A DNA stretch of 8,639 nt from a virus (lineage: Duplodnaviria; Heunggongvirae; Uroviricota; Caudoviricetes). The DNA lies in IMG/VR virus record IMGVR_UViG_2534681604_000013. One strand, 5' to 3'. Below, piece after piece: positions 1 through 7,136 of the stretch; the first letter of the stretch is position 1; each line of letters begins with the position of its first letter. The notes below the pieces were generated by a model. That model was not told the DNA's origin, did not search any database, and saw nothing but the letters and a program-made list of their open reading frames with translations. The position numbers were made by a program, and so were the translations under genes.

Positions 1-85
1 TTATATTCCTTCAATATTCATTTAAATGTCGGGTTCTCTCTACTGATATAAATTACAATTAAAATCATTGGTAGGGAAGCGCGCA

Positions 86-104
86 GTGCTTTCCCCGCCT
101 CGCC
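86..104 (-). other. cos site: 19-nt P2/P4-type cohesive-end sequence, present as reverse complement
   Basis: Plus strand 86-104 reads GTGCTTTCCCCGCCTCGCC, the exact reverse complement of GGCGAGGCGGGGAAAGCAC (the P2/P4 cohesive end as I recall it). It sits just beyond the 3' end of psu, where cos lies in P4, and is flanked by GC-rich inverted repeats (about 101-127 and 164-183). Confidence 0.7.
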
Positions 105-204
105 CGCCCGCTTTGCGGGGCGGTTTCAATGCAGTTGCACTGACACGCTCAGGCCGCGCCGGGAATGGCGCGGTCTGCAGAAAATGAGGCAGGAAAACGC
201 ATGC

Positions 205-238
205 AAAGCCATGCACCTTATCGATGCATGGCTTTTTT
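205..238. terminator. Intrinsic terminator-like hairpin downstream of psu
   Basis: Perfect 11-bp inverted repeat AAAGCCATGCA (205-215) / TGCATGGCTTT (225-235) with a 9-nt loop. On the plus strand it runs straight into a T-run (233-238); on the minus strand it is followed by GCGTTTTCC. Could terminate the late operon or a transcript entering from the left. Confidence 0.6.
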
Positions 239-389
239 CAGTAAAACGGGCGGATTTTCGGGGAATTTTACACAGACTGATGTGATGCCAGTTGCGCACT
301 TTTACGCGAAAAAATCATGTTCTGCGCAGGGGTGAATTTTTCACGGCTGTCATCCACCGAAGCCGCGTCAGGCCTGAATCCGATGGTCG

Positions 390-839
390 TTAAAATGTCA
401 CTATCCTGTGCGGAATAATTAATTTTTCCCCCTTCGCAAGCCAGGACAGAAGGGCTTCACGCAGGGCATCTGTGGCACGCTGTATGGCACAGTTTCGGGC
501 AATGGCCGTCAGCTCACTGTATCCCATCAGCTCCGGTGCCAGTGCCGCCGCCAGTGCTGTGCCGTGCTGCTGCATAAAATCATTCAGCCGGTCGCGGATG
601 CTGATGTGCTGAACGGCTTCATGCGAACGAATATAACGACCGGCGGCCTGATTCACCTGCCATTTTCTGACTTCGATAATATTGCGTAATTCGTCCAGGC
701 GACTGACGTTTCTGCCTTCCCCGGACAGAAGCCGCAGATATTCCTGTTCGGCCGCAGCCAGCTCATTTTTGCGTTGCAGCCATGCTGCTTTGTTATTCTG
801 ACAGGTGTCAAAGGCCTGCTGTAAGGCTGTGCTCTCCAT
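390..839 (-). CDS. psu: Psu (polarity suppression / capsid decoration protein), C-terminally truncated to 149 aa by a frameshift
   Basis: 149-aa ORF, last gene of the sid-delta-psu late operon. A -1 frame continues the reading to a stop at 268-270, giving 190 aa, the length I recall for P4 Psu. The frame change maps to the homopolymer T5C5 at 423-432. Confidence 0.85.
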   Translation of the reverse strand: MESTALQQAFDTCQNNKAAWLQRKNELAAAEQEYLRLLSGEGRNVSRLDELRNIIEVRKWQVNQAAGRYIRSHEAVQHISIRDRLNDFMQQHGTALAAALAPELMGYSELTAIARNCAIQRATDALREALLSWLAKGEKLIIPHRIVTF

Positions 840-912
840 CGTTATCTCTTTCTCATCATGCTGAAGAATAAAAATACGGTGTGCGGCGACGGCCGGGGTT
901 AACCGGCAGCCC

Positions 913-1413
913 TCATTCCAGACGCAGCGAATATGATTGTGTTTTTAACCGTACTGGCGGCAGTTCCTGTTTTTCATGCAGGCGTTCTGCCAGTTCGTCC
1001 GGCGTGACCGGGCGGACAATGAAGCGGTTGATGGTCTGAAGCGTTTTAAACACCAGACCACAGCCCGGATCCGTGCACACATAAAAACGCTCGGTGACTT
1101 CCTGAGACAGACGCCGCGATGTTCTTGACAGTGCAAGGCCTTTACATCTCCGACAACAATATCCGGTAACAAGCATTCTTTTCGGGCGTTTCATACTGCC
1201 GGAGGCTGACGTCAGTGAATCGCGGTATCTCTGTTTGCCTGAAATGTATTCCATTCCTGAATCTTTACAGTCAGAGAAAAAGCTTTCACTCGCTTCAAAT
1301 GTCGCAGAGCAATAAATATTCCGGCACTGTGCAATCATTATCTTGGTGCCATCGTCCATGAAATGTGCGCGACGGGTGTGAGCAACATGTCCACACGACG
1401 GGCAGTAAATCAT
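913..1413 (-). CDS. delta: Delta: late-gene transcriptional activator, tandem Ogr-like zinc-finger protein (166 aa)
   Basis: Two Ogr-like halves, each with paired Cys motifs: CPSCGH...CRNIYC in the first half and CCRRC...CTDPGC in the second. 166 aa matches P4 delta. Start ATG overlaps the sid stop as ATGA (1410-1413). Confidence 0.9.
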   Translation of the reverse strand: MIYCPSCGHVAHTRRAHFMDDGTKIMIAQCRNIYCSATFEASESFFSDCKDSGMEYISGKQRYRDSLTSASGSMKRPKRMLVTGYCCRRCKGLALSRTSRRLSQEVTERFYVCTDPGCGLVFKTLQTINRFIVRPVTPDELAERLHEKQELPPVRLKTQSYSLRLE

Positions 1414-2144
1414 GACAGCAGTCCTCTGGCCTTAAGCTCTGCACCCTGCTGGTCTATTTTGTCCTGCCACACCTTGCGCTGTGCCGGTGTGCCTGCCACC
1501 TCATAATCCATGTGCGGGAGTGTTGCCGCTGACAGTCCGGTCAGCCGGAGAACCGGCTCGCCGGTGAGGCTGATTTGCATCTGTTTAATTTTCTGTTCCA
1601 GCGATGATTTCACCTGCTGCATGACAGCCTTTTCCGGTGCGACGTAGCCCTGATGCCCGGTGGTGTTGGCGAGCGGATTTTCCTGTACCAGGATACTCAG
1701 ATGCATTGCCCGGACAAGCGCCTCACAGGTTTCATTCAGGGCGTGTTCCAGCTCATGCTCTGCATACAGACTCAGAAGGTGATGATGTGCCTTCCGGTAG
1801 GCGGTGGCCGTGCTGTCACACGCCCCTTTCAGGCGTTCGCGTTCAAAATTCAGCACCACGGCCAGATTGTCATATTCCTGTACCAGCTCCCGGCGTGCCA
1901 CGCGCTCAATGTGGCGCTGTTTCAGCTCGTCGCTCAGGACACCACCGGCTGCACGAAAGGCCGTGCGCCAGTCGTCAGCGTCGTTTCCGTCGGCCTGCGT
2001 CAGCGCATTTTTTTCCTGCTCTGCCCGTTCAATGGCCGTGACGGTCTCATCCATCAGGCGGGCATTCTCAAGGTGGGCGGCTCTGGCCTTTTCCAGTTGT
2101 GCCAGTGCGGGTTGCAGATATTCAGGGATGGTGTGGTCAGACAT
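1410..2144 (-). CDS. sid: Sid: external scaffold / capsid size-determination protein (244 aa from the internal Met)
   Basis: The six-frame ORF runs 1410..2210 (266 aa), but the Met at 2144 (MSDHTIPEY...) has a GAGGAG Shine-Dalgarno 7 nt upstream and gives 244 aa, the P4 Sid length as I recall it. Starting at 2210 would place the TGT-N12-ACA dyads inside the gene. Confidence 0.85.
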   Translation of the reverse strand: MSDHTIPEYLQPALAQLEKARAAHLENARLMDETVTAIERAEQEKNALTQADGNDADDWRTAFRAAGGVLSDELKQRHIERVARRELVQEYDNLAVVLNFERERLKGACDSTATAYRKAHHHLLSLYAEHELEHALNETCEALVRAMHLSILVQENPLANTTGHQGYVAPEKAVMQQVKSSLEQKIKQMQISLTGEPVLRLTGLSAATLPHMDYEVAGTPAQRKVWQDKIDQQGAELKARGLLS

Positions 2145-2178
2145 TTTCCGGCTCCTCGTCACTTCAGGTTGAGAAAAT

Positions 2179-2234
2179 TGTGACGTACACCGGACAACAA
2201 CACGACGCATTGCAGATGTGCCAGCCCTGACACA
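2179..2234 (-). promoter_or_regulatory. Psid-like late promoter region with two TGT-N12-ACA dyads (Delta/Ogr-type activator sites)
   Basis: TGT(2217-2219)-N12-ACA(2232-2234) is centred about 81 bp upstream of the sid ATG, consistent with a -55 activator site if the transcript starts near 2170. A second perfect dyad, TGT(2179-2181)-N12-ACA(2194-2196), lies 38 bp closer to the gene. Confidence 0.6.
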
Positions 2235-2290
2235 GGAGACTCATCCTCAGACCGGCAAGCCAGGAAAAGGTCGCAGGAAAAACCGGCTTA

Positions 2291-2418
2291 CTGTTTGTTT
2301 TTTTATATTTTACTGTTCACCTCTGTTCACCTTAAGAAAAAAGATAATTAATACAGTAAGTTAAAGGGTGAACAATCGCAGTAATGACTGTTCACCGTCT
2401 GTTCACCACTGTTCACCC
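2291..2418. repeat. ori-like iteron cluster: six copies of the P4 type I iteron TGTTCACC in AT-rich context
   Basis: TGTTCACC at 2314-2321, 2324-2331, 2389-2396, 2400-2407, 2410-2417 and its complement GGTGAACA at 2367-2374, flanked by T-rich tracts. The same octamer recurs in the crr about 4.8 kb away, matching the P4 ori/crr arrangement. Confidence 0.8.
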
Positions 2419-2520
2419 GCTCATGGACTTTTTGTGCTGTTTACTACTGTTTGTTTTTATTAATTCGCCGGGAATGAATAAGAAGAAACGATTTGTATTT
2501 CACTATAAAAATTACGAATT

Positions 2521-2550
2521 GCTTTAAGTGGCTTTAAATGACTTTAAGTG
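2521..2550. repeat. Three tandem 10-bp units (CTTTAAGTGG / CTTTAAATGA / CTTTAAGTGG) upstream of the PLL-like promoter
   Basis: Directly visible head-to-tail repeats. Function unknown; possibly a DNA-binding-protein site. Confidence 0.5.
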
Positions 2551-2575
2551 GGAATGAACAAAAAACACACAGTCA

Positions 2576-2650
2576 TTGTAAGGCTGCCGGAACAAATCCC
2601 CCCTGTTGCGTCTGCCAAAAATATTCACAAAATAAAGCGCTACCCGAAGC
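2576..2650 (+). promoter_or_regulatory. PLL-like late promoter for vis, with one TGT-N12-ACA activator dyad
   Basis: TGT(2576-2578)-N12-ACA(2591-2593). A centre at -55 would put the transcript start near 2640, about 57 nt upstream of the vis ATG. A weak TTGCGT -35-like hexamer lies at 2615-2620. Confidence 0.5.
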
Positions 2651-2696
2651 CGGACGGACTTATCCGGTGCTGTATGGACATTAACGAGGTAGCCCG

Positions 2697-2963
2697 ATGC
2701 AAGCTGTTTTTTCTTCCCCGTCTCCCGCCCCTGTGACGCCACTGATGCCGCTGCCGGACATCACGCAGGAGCGTTTTTTACGTCTGCCGGAAGTGATGCA
2801 CCTGTGCGGCCTGTCACGCTCGACCATCTACGAACTCATCCGTAAGGGGGAATTTCCGCCGCAGGTGAGTCTTGGCGGTAAAAATGTGGCCTGGCTGCAC
2901 TCTGAAGTCACCGCATGGATGGCCGGGCGCATCGCCGGACGCAAACGGGGGTACGACGCATGA
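2697..2963 (+). CDS. vis: Vis / AlpA-family helix-turn-helix regulator-excisionase (88 aa)
   Basis: 88 aa, matching P4 orf88 (vis). Core [28 protein letters not shown] is a typical AlpA/Vis HTH segment. GAGG Shine-Dalgarno at 2685-2688. Confidence 0.85.
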   Translation: MQAVFSSPSPAPVTPLMPLPDITQERFLRLPEVMHLCGLSRSTIYELIRKGEFPPQVSLGGKNVAWLHSEVTAWMAGRIAGRKRGYDA

Positions 2964-3550
2964 TGATGCCTGTTCTGCAAAAACACCCTTTTTCTGGCTT
3001 GCCTTTTTCCGGCATTTGCGGATATAGTTTTTCCGCTGTCGCAAAATCGGCAGCCGGGCGTGAGAACCCGAGTATGTTATCGGCGACATATGACGCGCCA
3101 TGCGTCTTTTTTTGTGTCGCAATCAACGCCACAGAGCACCAGATTATGGTGTGGCGTGTGGTTTGCCGTGCAGGTATGATCCTGTTCGCAATCGCATGTT
3201 ATACCTCTGAGTCAATGGTAGCTCAGGCGGGGCAGCCTCCGGGCTGGCCGGTTTCCGATAACGCCGGTATTCTCACCCCCGTCTGGGCTATCGCCATCGA
3301 GCGTGAGAACTCCGGCGATAGCGTCATTTACGCTGTTATCGGAGGTTGCCTTATGGCTATGACCCTTACCCCCTCACACCCTGAATTTGTCTTTGTGTTT
3401 GCGGCTGTCCGTCGCGCAGACCGTCATCCCCGTATCTGCATGCTTCGCACCGTCGCCGGTGATGAACGCAGCGCCCGCCGTTCCCTTGTCCGTGACTATG
3501 TGCTCTCCCTTGCTGCCCGTCTGCCGGTGGTGGAGGTGTCCCGTGCGTAA
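2960..3550 (+). CDS. Hypothetical ORF (196 aa) spanning the predicted immunity region; may not be a real gene
   Basis: Open frame whose ATG overlaps the vis stop (ATGA at 2960-2963), with decent codon structure. But it starts upstream of the predicted PLE, overlaps the putative RNA-immunity elements, and the product is Cys/Trp-rich with no motif I recognise. Confidence 0.25.
   Translation: MMMPVLQKHPFSGLPFSGICGYSFSAVAKSAAGRENPSMLSATYDAPCVFFCVAINATEHQIMVWRVVCRAGMILFAIACYTSESMVAQAGQPPGWPVSDNAGILTPVWAIAIERENSGDSVIYAVIGGCLMAMTLTPSHPEFVFVFAAVRRADRHPRICMLRTVAGDERSARRSLVRDYVLSLAARLPVVEVSRA
2999..3028 (+). promoter_or_regulatory. Sigma70-like promoter TTGCCT-N18-TATAGT, candidate PLE (early/immunity promoter)
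   Basis: -35 TTGCCT at 2999-3004 and -10 TATAGT at 3023-3028. It lies about 390 bp downstream of the predicted PLL start, matching the roughly 400-nt PLL-to-PLE spacing described for P4. Confidence 0.5.
3050..3320 (+). ncRNA. Candidate RNA-immunity leader (P4 CI-RNA / seqA-seqB-seqC-like arrangement)
   Basis: GCGTGAGAAC occurs twice in direct orientation (3058-3067 and 3301-3310). Its partial complement TTCTCAC (3270-3276) lies between them, just downstream of the predicted PLE start. Boundaries are not determinable by eye. Confidence 0.3.
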
Positions 3551-3830
3551 TAAAAAAGCCCCTCAGACCGTCTCAGCGCGTCATGACGCCCGTGAACACC
3601 TCAGCATTGAGGCTTACCATAAGCTCAACCGCGCCAGCGCCGTATCCCAGTTTGTTGGGGGTGATTTGATTCACCGTGAACTCTCCGGCCTGCATCAGCT
3701 CTATATTCCGCATATTTTCAGCTACCTGAATGAAGATATTGATTTTGTGCTGAATGAGCTGAAAGCCAAAGGCCTGTGCCGCGATTTTCTCGCCCAGCAG
3801 AAAGACCGGGGAGACAGGACGCATGTTTGA
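3543..3830 (+). CDS. epsilon: Epsilon-like protein (95 aa with GTG start); P4 epsilon derepresses the helper prophage
   Basis: GTG at 3543 preceded by GGAGG (3532-3536). The reading frame contains no internal Met, so the upstream ATG at 3387 is unlikely to be the start. 95 aa, placed immediately upstream of orf151 as in P4. Stop overlaps the orf151 ATG. Confidence 0.6.
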   Translation: MRNKKAPQTVSARHDAREHLSIEAYHKLNRASAVSQFVGGDLIHRELSGLHQLYIPHIFSYLNEDIDFVLNELKAKGLCRDFLAQQKDRGDRTHV

Positions 3831-4278
3831 TTTTCCCCAGCCCGGTGAGATTTACCGTTCTGCCGGTTTTCCCGATGTGGCCGTGGTCGGCATTCTGGAA
3901 GACGGTATTCCGTGGGAAATGCCGTACCGCTGCCCGGACATTGTCTGGAATCCGTACCGCCGTAAATTCAGTATCCTTGTGCGTATCCTCGCTGACGGGC
4001 GCACCACAGACATCCCGCTGGGGCGTTTTCTGCGGGAATTTACCTGTGACCGTCCTGACCTGTTCAGACGCAGCCCCGTAAACCGGCATGCGGTACTGAA
4101 AGAAATGGCCGGAGACCCGGAATTACAGAAATGGCGGGAGAAATATCTGGATATTTACCCGCAGGACCCTGTTCCGGTCAGCCGGGCGGCACCGGTGGCG
4201 CGGGAATGGCGGGAAATTCCCCGCACGGAGCCTGACCCGGAAATCACCCCGGATAACAGTTACCGCAATTATCTGTAA
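3823..4278 (+). CDS. P4 orf151-like protein (151 aa), function unknown
   Basis: Size and position match P4 orf151. ATG overlaps the upstream stop (ATGTTTGA). GGAGACAGG ribosome-binding region upstream. Confidence 0.8.
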   Translation: MFDFPQPGEIYRSAGFPDVAVVGILEDGIPWEMPYRCPDIVWNPYRRKFSILVRILADGRTTDIPLGRFLREFTCDRPDLFRRSPVNRHAVLKEMAGDPELQKWREKYLDIYPQDPVPVSRAAPVAREWREIPRTEPDPEITPDNSYRNYL

Positions 4279-4413
4279 TTAAAAAACGACACCCGAAAAA
4301 TTAAATGTGCGTATTCGCGCAGGGATACGCACGTCTTCAGGAGACGCAGATATGCCTTATCAGTTAATGCAACCGGCACAGAATGCAGTCATCTGTCACA
4401 GGGAGGAAAGCAA

Positions 4414-4734
4414 ATGAAAACACCCTTACCGCCCGTCTTACGCGCTGCCCTTTACCGTCGCGCTGTCGCCTGTGCCTGGCTGACCGTGTGCGAACGTCAG
4501 CACCGCTACCCGCATCTCACCCTTGAGTCACTGGAGGCGGCCATCGCCGCTGAGCTGGAGGGCTTTTATCTGCGCCAGCACGGTGAGGAAAAAGGGCGTC
4601 AGATAGCCTGTGCCCTGCTGGAAGATTTAATGGAATCCGGCCCCCTGAAGGCCGCACCGTCGCTGTCCTTTCTCGGGCTGGTTGTGATGGATGAACTCTG
4701 TGCCCGTCACATAAAAGCGCCGGTACTGCACTGA
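4414..4734 (+). CDS. P4 orf106-like protein (106 aa), function unknown
   Basis: Strong Shine-Dalgarno (AGGGAGGAAAG) before the ATG. Size and position match P4 orf106, directly upstream of alpha. Confidence 0.8.
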
Positions 4735-4748
4735 AGGAGAACAACACC

Positions 4749-7082
4749 ATGAAAATGAACGTAACCGCCACCGTCAGCCATGCGCTCGGCCACTGGACGC
4801 GTATTCTCCCGGCGCTGGGGATTCAGGTGCTGAAGAACCGTCATCAGCCCTGTCCGGTCTGTGGCGGGAGTGACCGCTTCCGTTTTGATGACAGGGAGGG
4901 GCGCGGCACCTGGTACTGCAATCAGTGTGGTGCCGGTGACGGCCTGAAACTGGTTGAAAAGGTGTTTGGTGTTTCCCCGTCCGACGCGGCCGCAAAGGTG
5001 GCTGCCGTGACCGGCAGCCTGCCACCGGCTGACCCGGCAGTGACGACCGCCGCCGTTGCTGAAACAGACGCTGCCCGGAAGAACGCCGCCGCACTGGCAC
5101 AAACCCTGATGGCGAAAACCCGTCCCGGAACCGGTAACGCCTACCTGACCCGCAAGGGCTTTCCCGGCCGGGAATGCCGGATGCTGACCGGCACACACAG
5201 AGCCGGTGGCGTGAGCTGGCGCGCCGGTGACCTTGTGGTGCCACTGTATGACGACAGCGGCGAACTGGTTAACCTTCAGTTAATCAGTGCTGACGGCCGT
5301 AAGCGCACCCTGAAAGGCGGACAGGTCAGGGGCACCTGTCACACCCTTGAAGGACAGAATCAGGCCGGAAAACGTCTGTGGATAGCGGAGGGATACGCGA
5401 CCGCACTTACCGTGCATCACCTGACCGGTGAAACGGTAATGGTGGCGCTTTCTTCCGTGAACCTCCTTTCTCTGGCCAGCCTTGCCCGGCAGAAGCATCC
5501 GGCCTGTCAGATTGTCCTTGCCGCAGACCGTGACCTCAGCGGTGACGGCCAGAAAAAAGCCGCCGCAGCCGCAGATGCGTGTGAAGGTGTTGTTGCCCTG
5601 CCGCCGGTCTTCGGTGACTGGAATGATGCCTTCACGCAGTACGGCGGGGAAGCCACCCGTAAGGCCATTTATGATGCCATCCGGCCACCGGCTGAAAGCC
5701 CGTTCGACACCATGAGCGAAGCGGAGTTCTCCGCCATGAGTACCAGCGAAAAGGCCATGCGTATCTATGAGCATTACGGCGAGGCGCTCGCGGTTGATGC
5801 CAACGGCCAGCTTCTGTCCCGTTATGAAAATGGTGTCTGGAAGGTGCTGCCACCACAGGACTTTGCCCGGGATGTGGCCGGGCTGTTTCAGCGTCTGCGC
5901 GCGCCGTTCTCCTCCGGGAAGGTGGCCTCCGTGGTGGACACCCTGAAGCTGATTATTCCGCAGCAGGAAGCCCCCTCCCGCCGCCTGATTGGCTTTCGTA
6001 ACGGCGTGCTCGACACGCAGAACGGCACGTTCCACCCGCACAGTCCGTTACACTGGATGCGCACCCTGTGCGATGTGGATTTCACCCCGCCGGTGGACGG
6101 TGAAACGCTGGAGACCCACGCCCCCGCGTTCTGGCGCTGGCTTGACCGTGCCGCCGGTGGCCGTGCGGAAAAACGCGACGTGATTCTGGCCGCACTGTTT
6201 ATGGTGCTGGCAAACCGCTACGACTGGCAGCTCTTTCTGGAGGTGACCGGTCCCGGCGGCAGCGGCAAAAGTATCATGGCCGAAATAGCCACCCTGCTGG
6301 CCGGGGAGGATAACGCCACGTCGGCCACCATTGAGACGCTGGAATCCCCGCGTGAACGTGCCGCGTTAACTGGCTTCTCACTGATACGCCTGCCGGACCA
6401 GGAAAAATGGAGCGGCGACGGAGCCGGACTCAAGGCCATCACCGGCGGCGATGCAGTGTCCGTTGACCCGAAATACCGGGATGCGTACTCCACGCATATC
6501 CCGGCGGTGATTCTGGCCGTGAACAATAACCCGATGCGCTTCACCGACCGCAGCGGCGGCGTGTCACGCCGGCGGGTGATTATTCACTTCCCGGAACAGA
6601 TAGCCCCGCAGGAGCGCGACCCGCAGCTTAAGGACAAAATCACCCGCGAGCTGGCGGTCATCGTGCGTCACCTGATGCAGAAATTCAGCGACCCGATGCT
6701 CGCCCGGTCACTGCTTCAGTCCCAGCAGAACTCAGACGAGGCGCTGAACATCAAACGGGATGCCGACCCGACGTTTGATTTTATCGGCTATCTGGAAACC
6801 CTGCCGCAGACCAGCGGCATGTATATGGGGAACGCCAGTATCATCCCGCGGAATTACCGTAAATACCTCTATCACGCCTATCTGGCCTACATGGAGGCAA
6901 ACGGCTACCGGAATGTACTCAGTCTGAAAATGTTCGGGCTGGGGCTGCCGGTGATGCTGAAGGAATACGGACTGAATTACGAGAAGCGCCATACCAAACA
7001 GGGGATACAGACCAACCTGACGCTGAAAGAGGAAAGCTACGGCGACTGGCTGCCAAAATGTGACGACCCTGCAACAACCTGA
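4749..7082 (+). CDS. alpha: Alpha: bifunctional DNA primase-helicase with C-terminal origin-binding domain (777 aa)
   Basis: N-terminal zinc motif CPVCGG...CNQCG, a Toprim-like acidic segment (AEGYATALT ... AADRD), and Walker A GPGGSGKS near residue 500. 777 aa equals the P4 alpha length. Strong AAGGAGA ribosome-binding site. Confidence 0.95.
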   Translation: MKMNVTATVSHALGHWTRILPALGIQVLKNRHQPCPVCGGSDRFRFDDREGRGTWYCNQCGAGDGLKLVEKVFGVSPSDAAAKVAAVTGSLPPADPAVTTAAVAETDAARKNAAALAQTLMAKTRPGTGNAYLTRKGFPGRECRMLTGTHRAGGVSWRAGDLVVPLYDDSGELVNLQLISADGRKRTLKGGQVRGTCHTLEGQNQAGKRLWIAEGYATALTVHHLTGETVMVALSSVNLLSLASLARQKHPACQIVLAADRDLSGDGQKKAAAAADACEGVVALPPVFGDWNDAFTQYGGEATRKAIYDAIRPPAESPFDTMSEAEFSAMSTSEKAMRIYEHYGEALAVDANGQLLSRYENGVWKVLPPQDFARDVAGLFQRLRAPFSSGKVASVVDTLKLIIPQQEAPSRRLIGFRNGVLDTQNGTFHPHSPLHWMRTLCDVDFTPPVDGETLETHAPAFWRWLDRAAGGRAEKRDVILAALFMVLANRYDWQLFLEVTGPGGSGKSIMAEIATLLAGEDNATSATIETLESPRERAALTGFSLIRLPDQEKWSGDGAGLKAITGGDAVSVDPKYRDAYSTHIPAVILAVNNNPMRFTDRSGGVSRRRVIIHFPEQIAPQERDPQLKDKITRELAVIVRHLMQKFSDPMLARSLLQSQQNSDEALNIKRDADPTFDFIGYLETLPQTSGMYMGNASIIPRNYRKYLYHAYLAYMEANGYRNVLSLKMFGLGLPVMLKEYGLNYEKRHTKQGIQTNLTLKEESYGDWLPKCDDPATT

Positions 7083-7098
7083 CCCTCATGACTCATCT

Positions 7099-7123
7099 GA
7101 CCGGCATCTGCCGGTCTTTTTTT
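7099..7123 (+). terminator. Rho-independent terminator after alpha
   Basis: Stem GACCGG (7099-7104) / CCGGTC (7111-7116) followed by T7 (7117-7123), 17 nt past the alpha stop. Confidence 0.8.
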
Positions 7124-7136
7124 ATCCCTGAATCCC

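Noticed and set aside
945-1172. 75-aa minus-strand ORF overlapping delta in another frame
   Set aside because: Fully contained in delta in an alternative frame; delta's zinc-finger frame is clearly the real one.
1637-2183. Plus-strand ORFs of 122-176 aa antisense to sid
   Set aside because: Antisense to a well-supported gene; low-complexity Arg/Ala/Ser-rich translations; no ribosome-binding site.
2145-2210. N-terminal extension of sid to the first ATG at 2210 (266 aa)
   Set aside because: The internal Met at 2144 has a GAGGAG Shine-Dalgarno and yields the expected 244 aa. The extension would cover the proximal TGT-N12-ACA dyad.
2524-2742. Overlapping ORFs of 72 aa (minus) and 62 aa (plus) across the vis upstream region
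   Set aside because: They cover the tandem repeats, the activator dyad and the promoter; more plausibly regulatory DNA than coding.
2814-3132. Minus-strand ORFs of 102 and 74 aa antisense to vis and the PLE region
   Set aside because: Antisense to vis, no ribosome-binding site, basic low-complexity products.
3387-3542. Upstream ATG start (3387) for the epsilon-like frame, giving 147 aa
   Set aside because: The N-terminal 52 residues look like out-of-frame translation. GTG at 3543 has a GGAGG ribosome-binding site and gives the expected 95 aa.
3573-4089. ORFs 3573-3824 (minus), 3718-4089 (minus) and 3776-4081 (plus) overlapping epsilon/orf151
   Set aside because: Alternative-frame or antisense overlaps of two tandem, translationally coupled genes; no independent support.
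4517-4771. 84-aa minus-strand ORF antisense to orf106
   Set aside because: Antisense overlap, no ribosome-binding site, Pro/Arg-rich product.
4707-6992. Multiple minus-strand ORFs inside alpha (4707-5198, 4774-5244, 5280-6041, 5632-5856, 5888-6085, 6218-6544, 6732-6992) and plus-strand alternate-frame ORFs (5482-5715, 5989-6183)
   Set aside because: All lie inside the strongly supported 777-aa alpha gene. Products are Arg/Gly/Pro-rich with no motifs, typical of antisense or off-frame reading of GC-rich coding DNA, and none has a credible ribosome-binding site.
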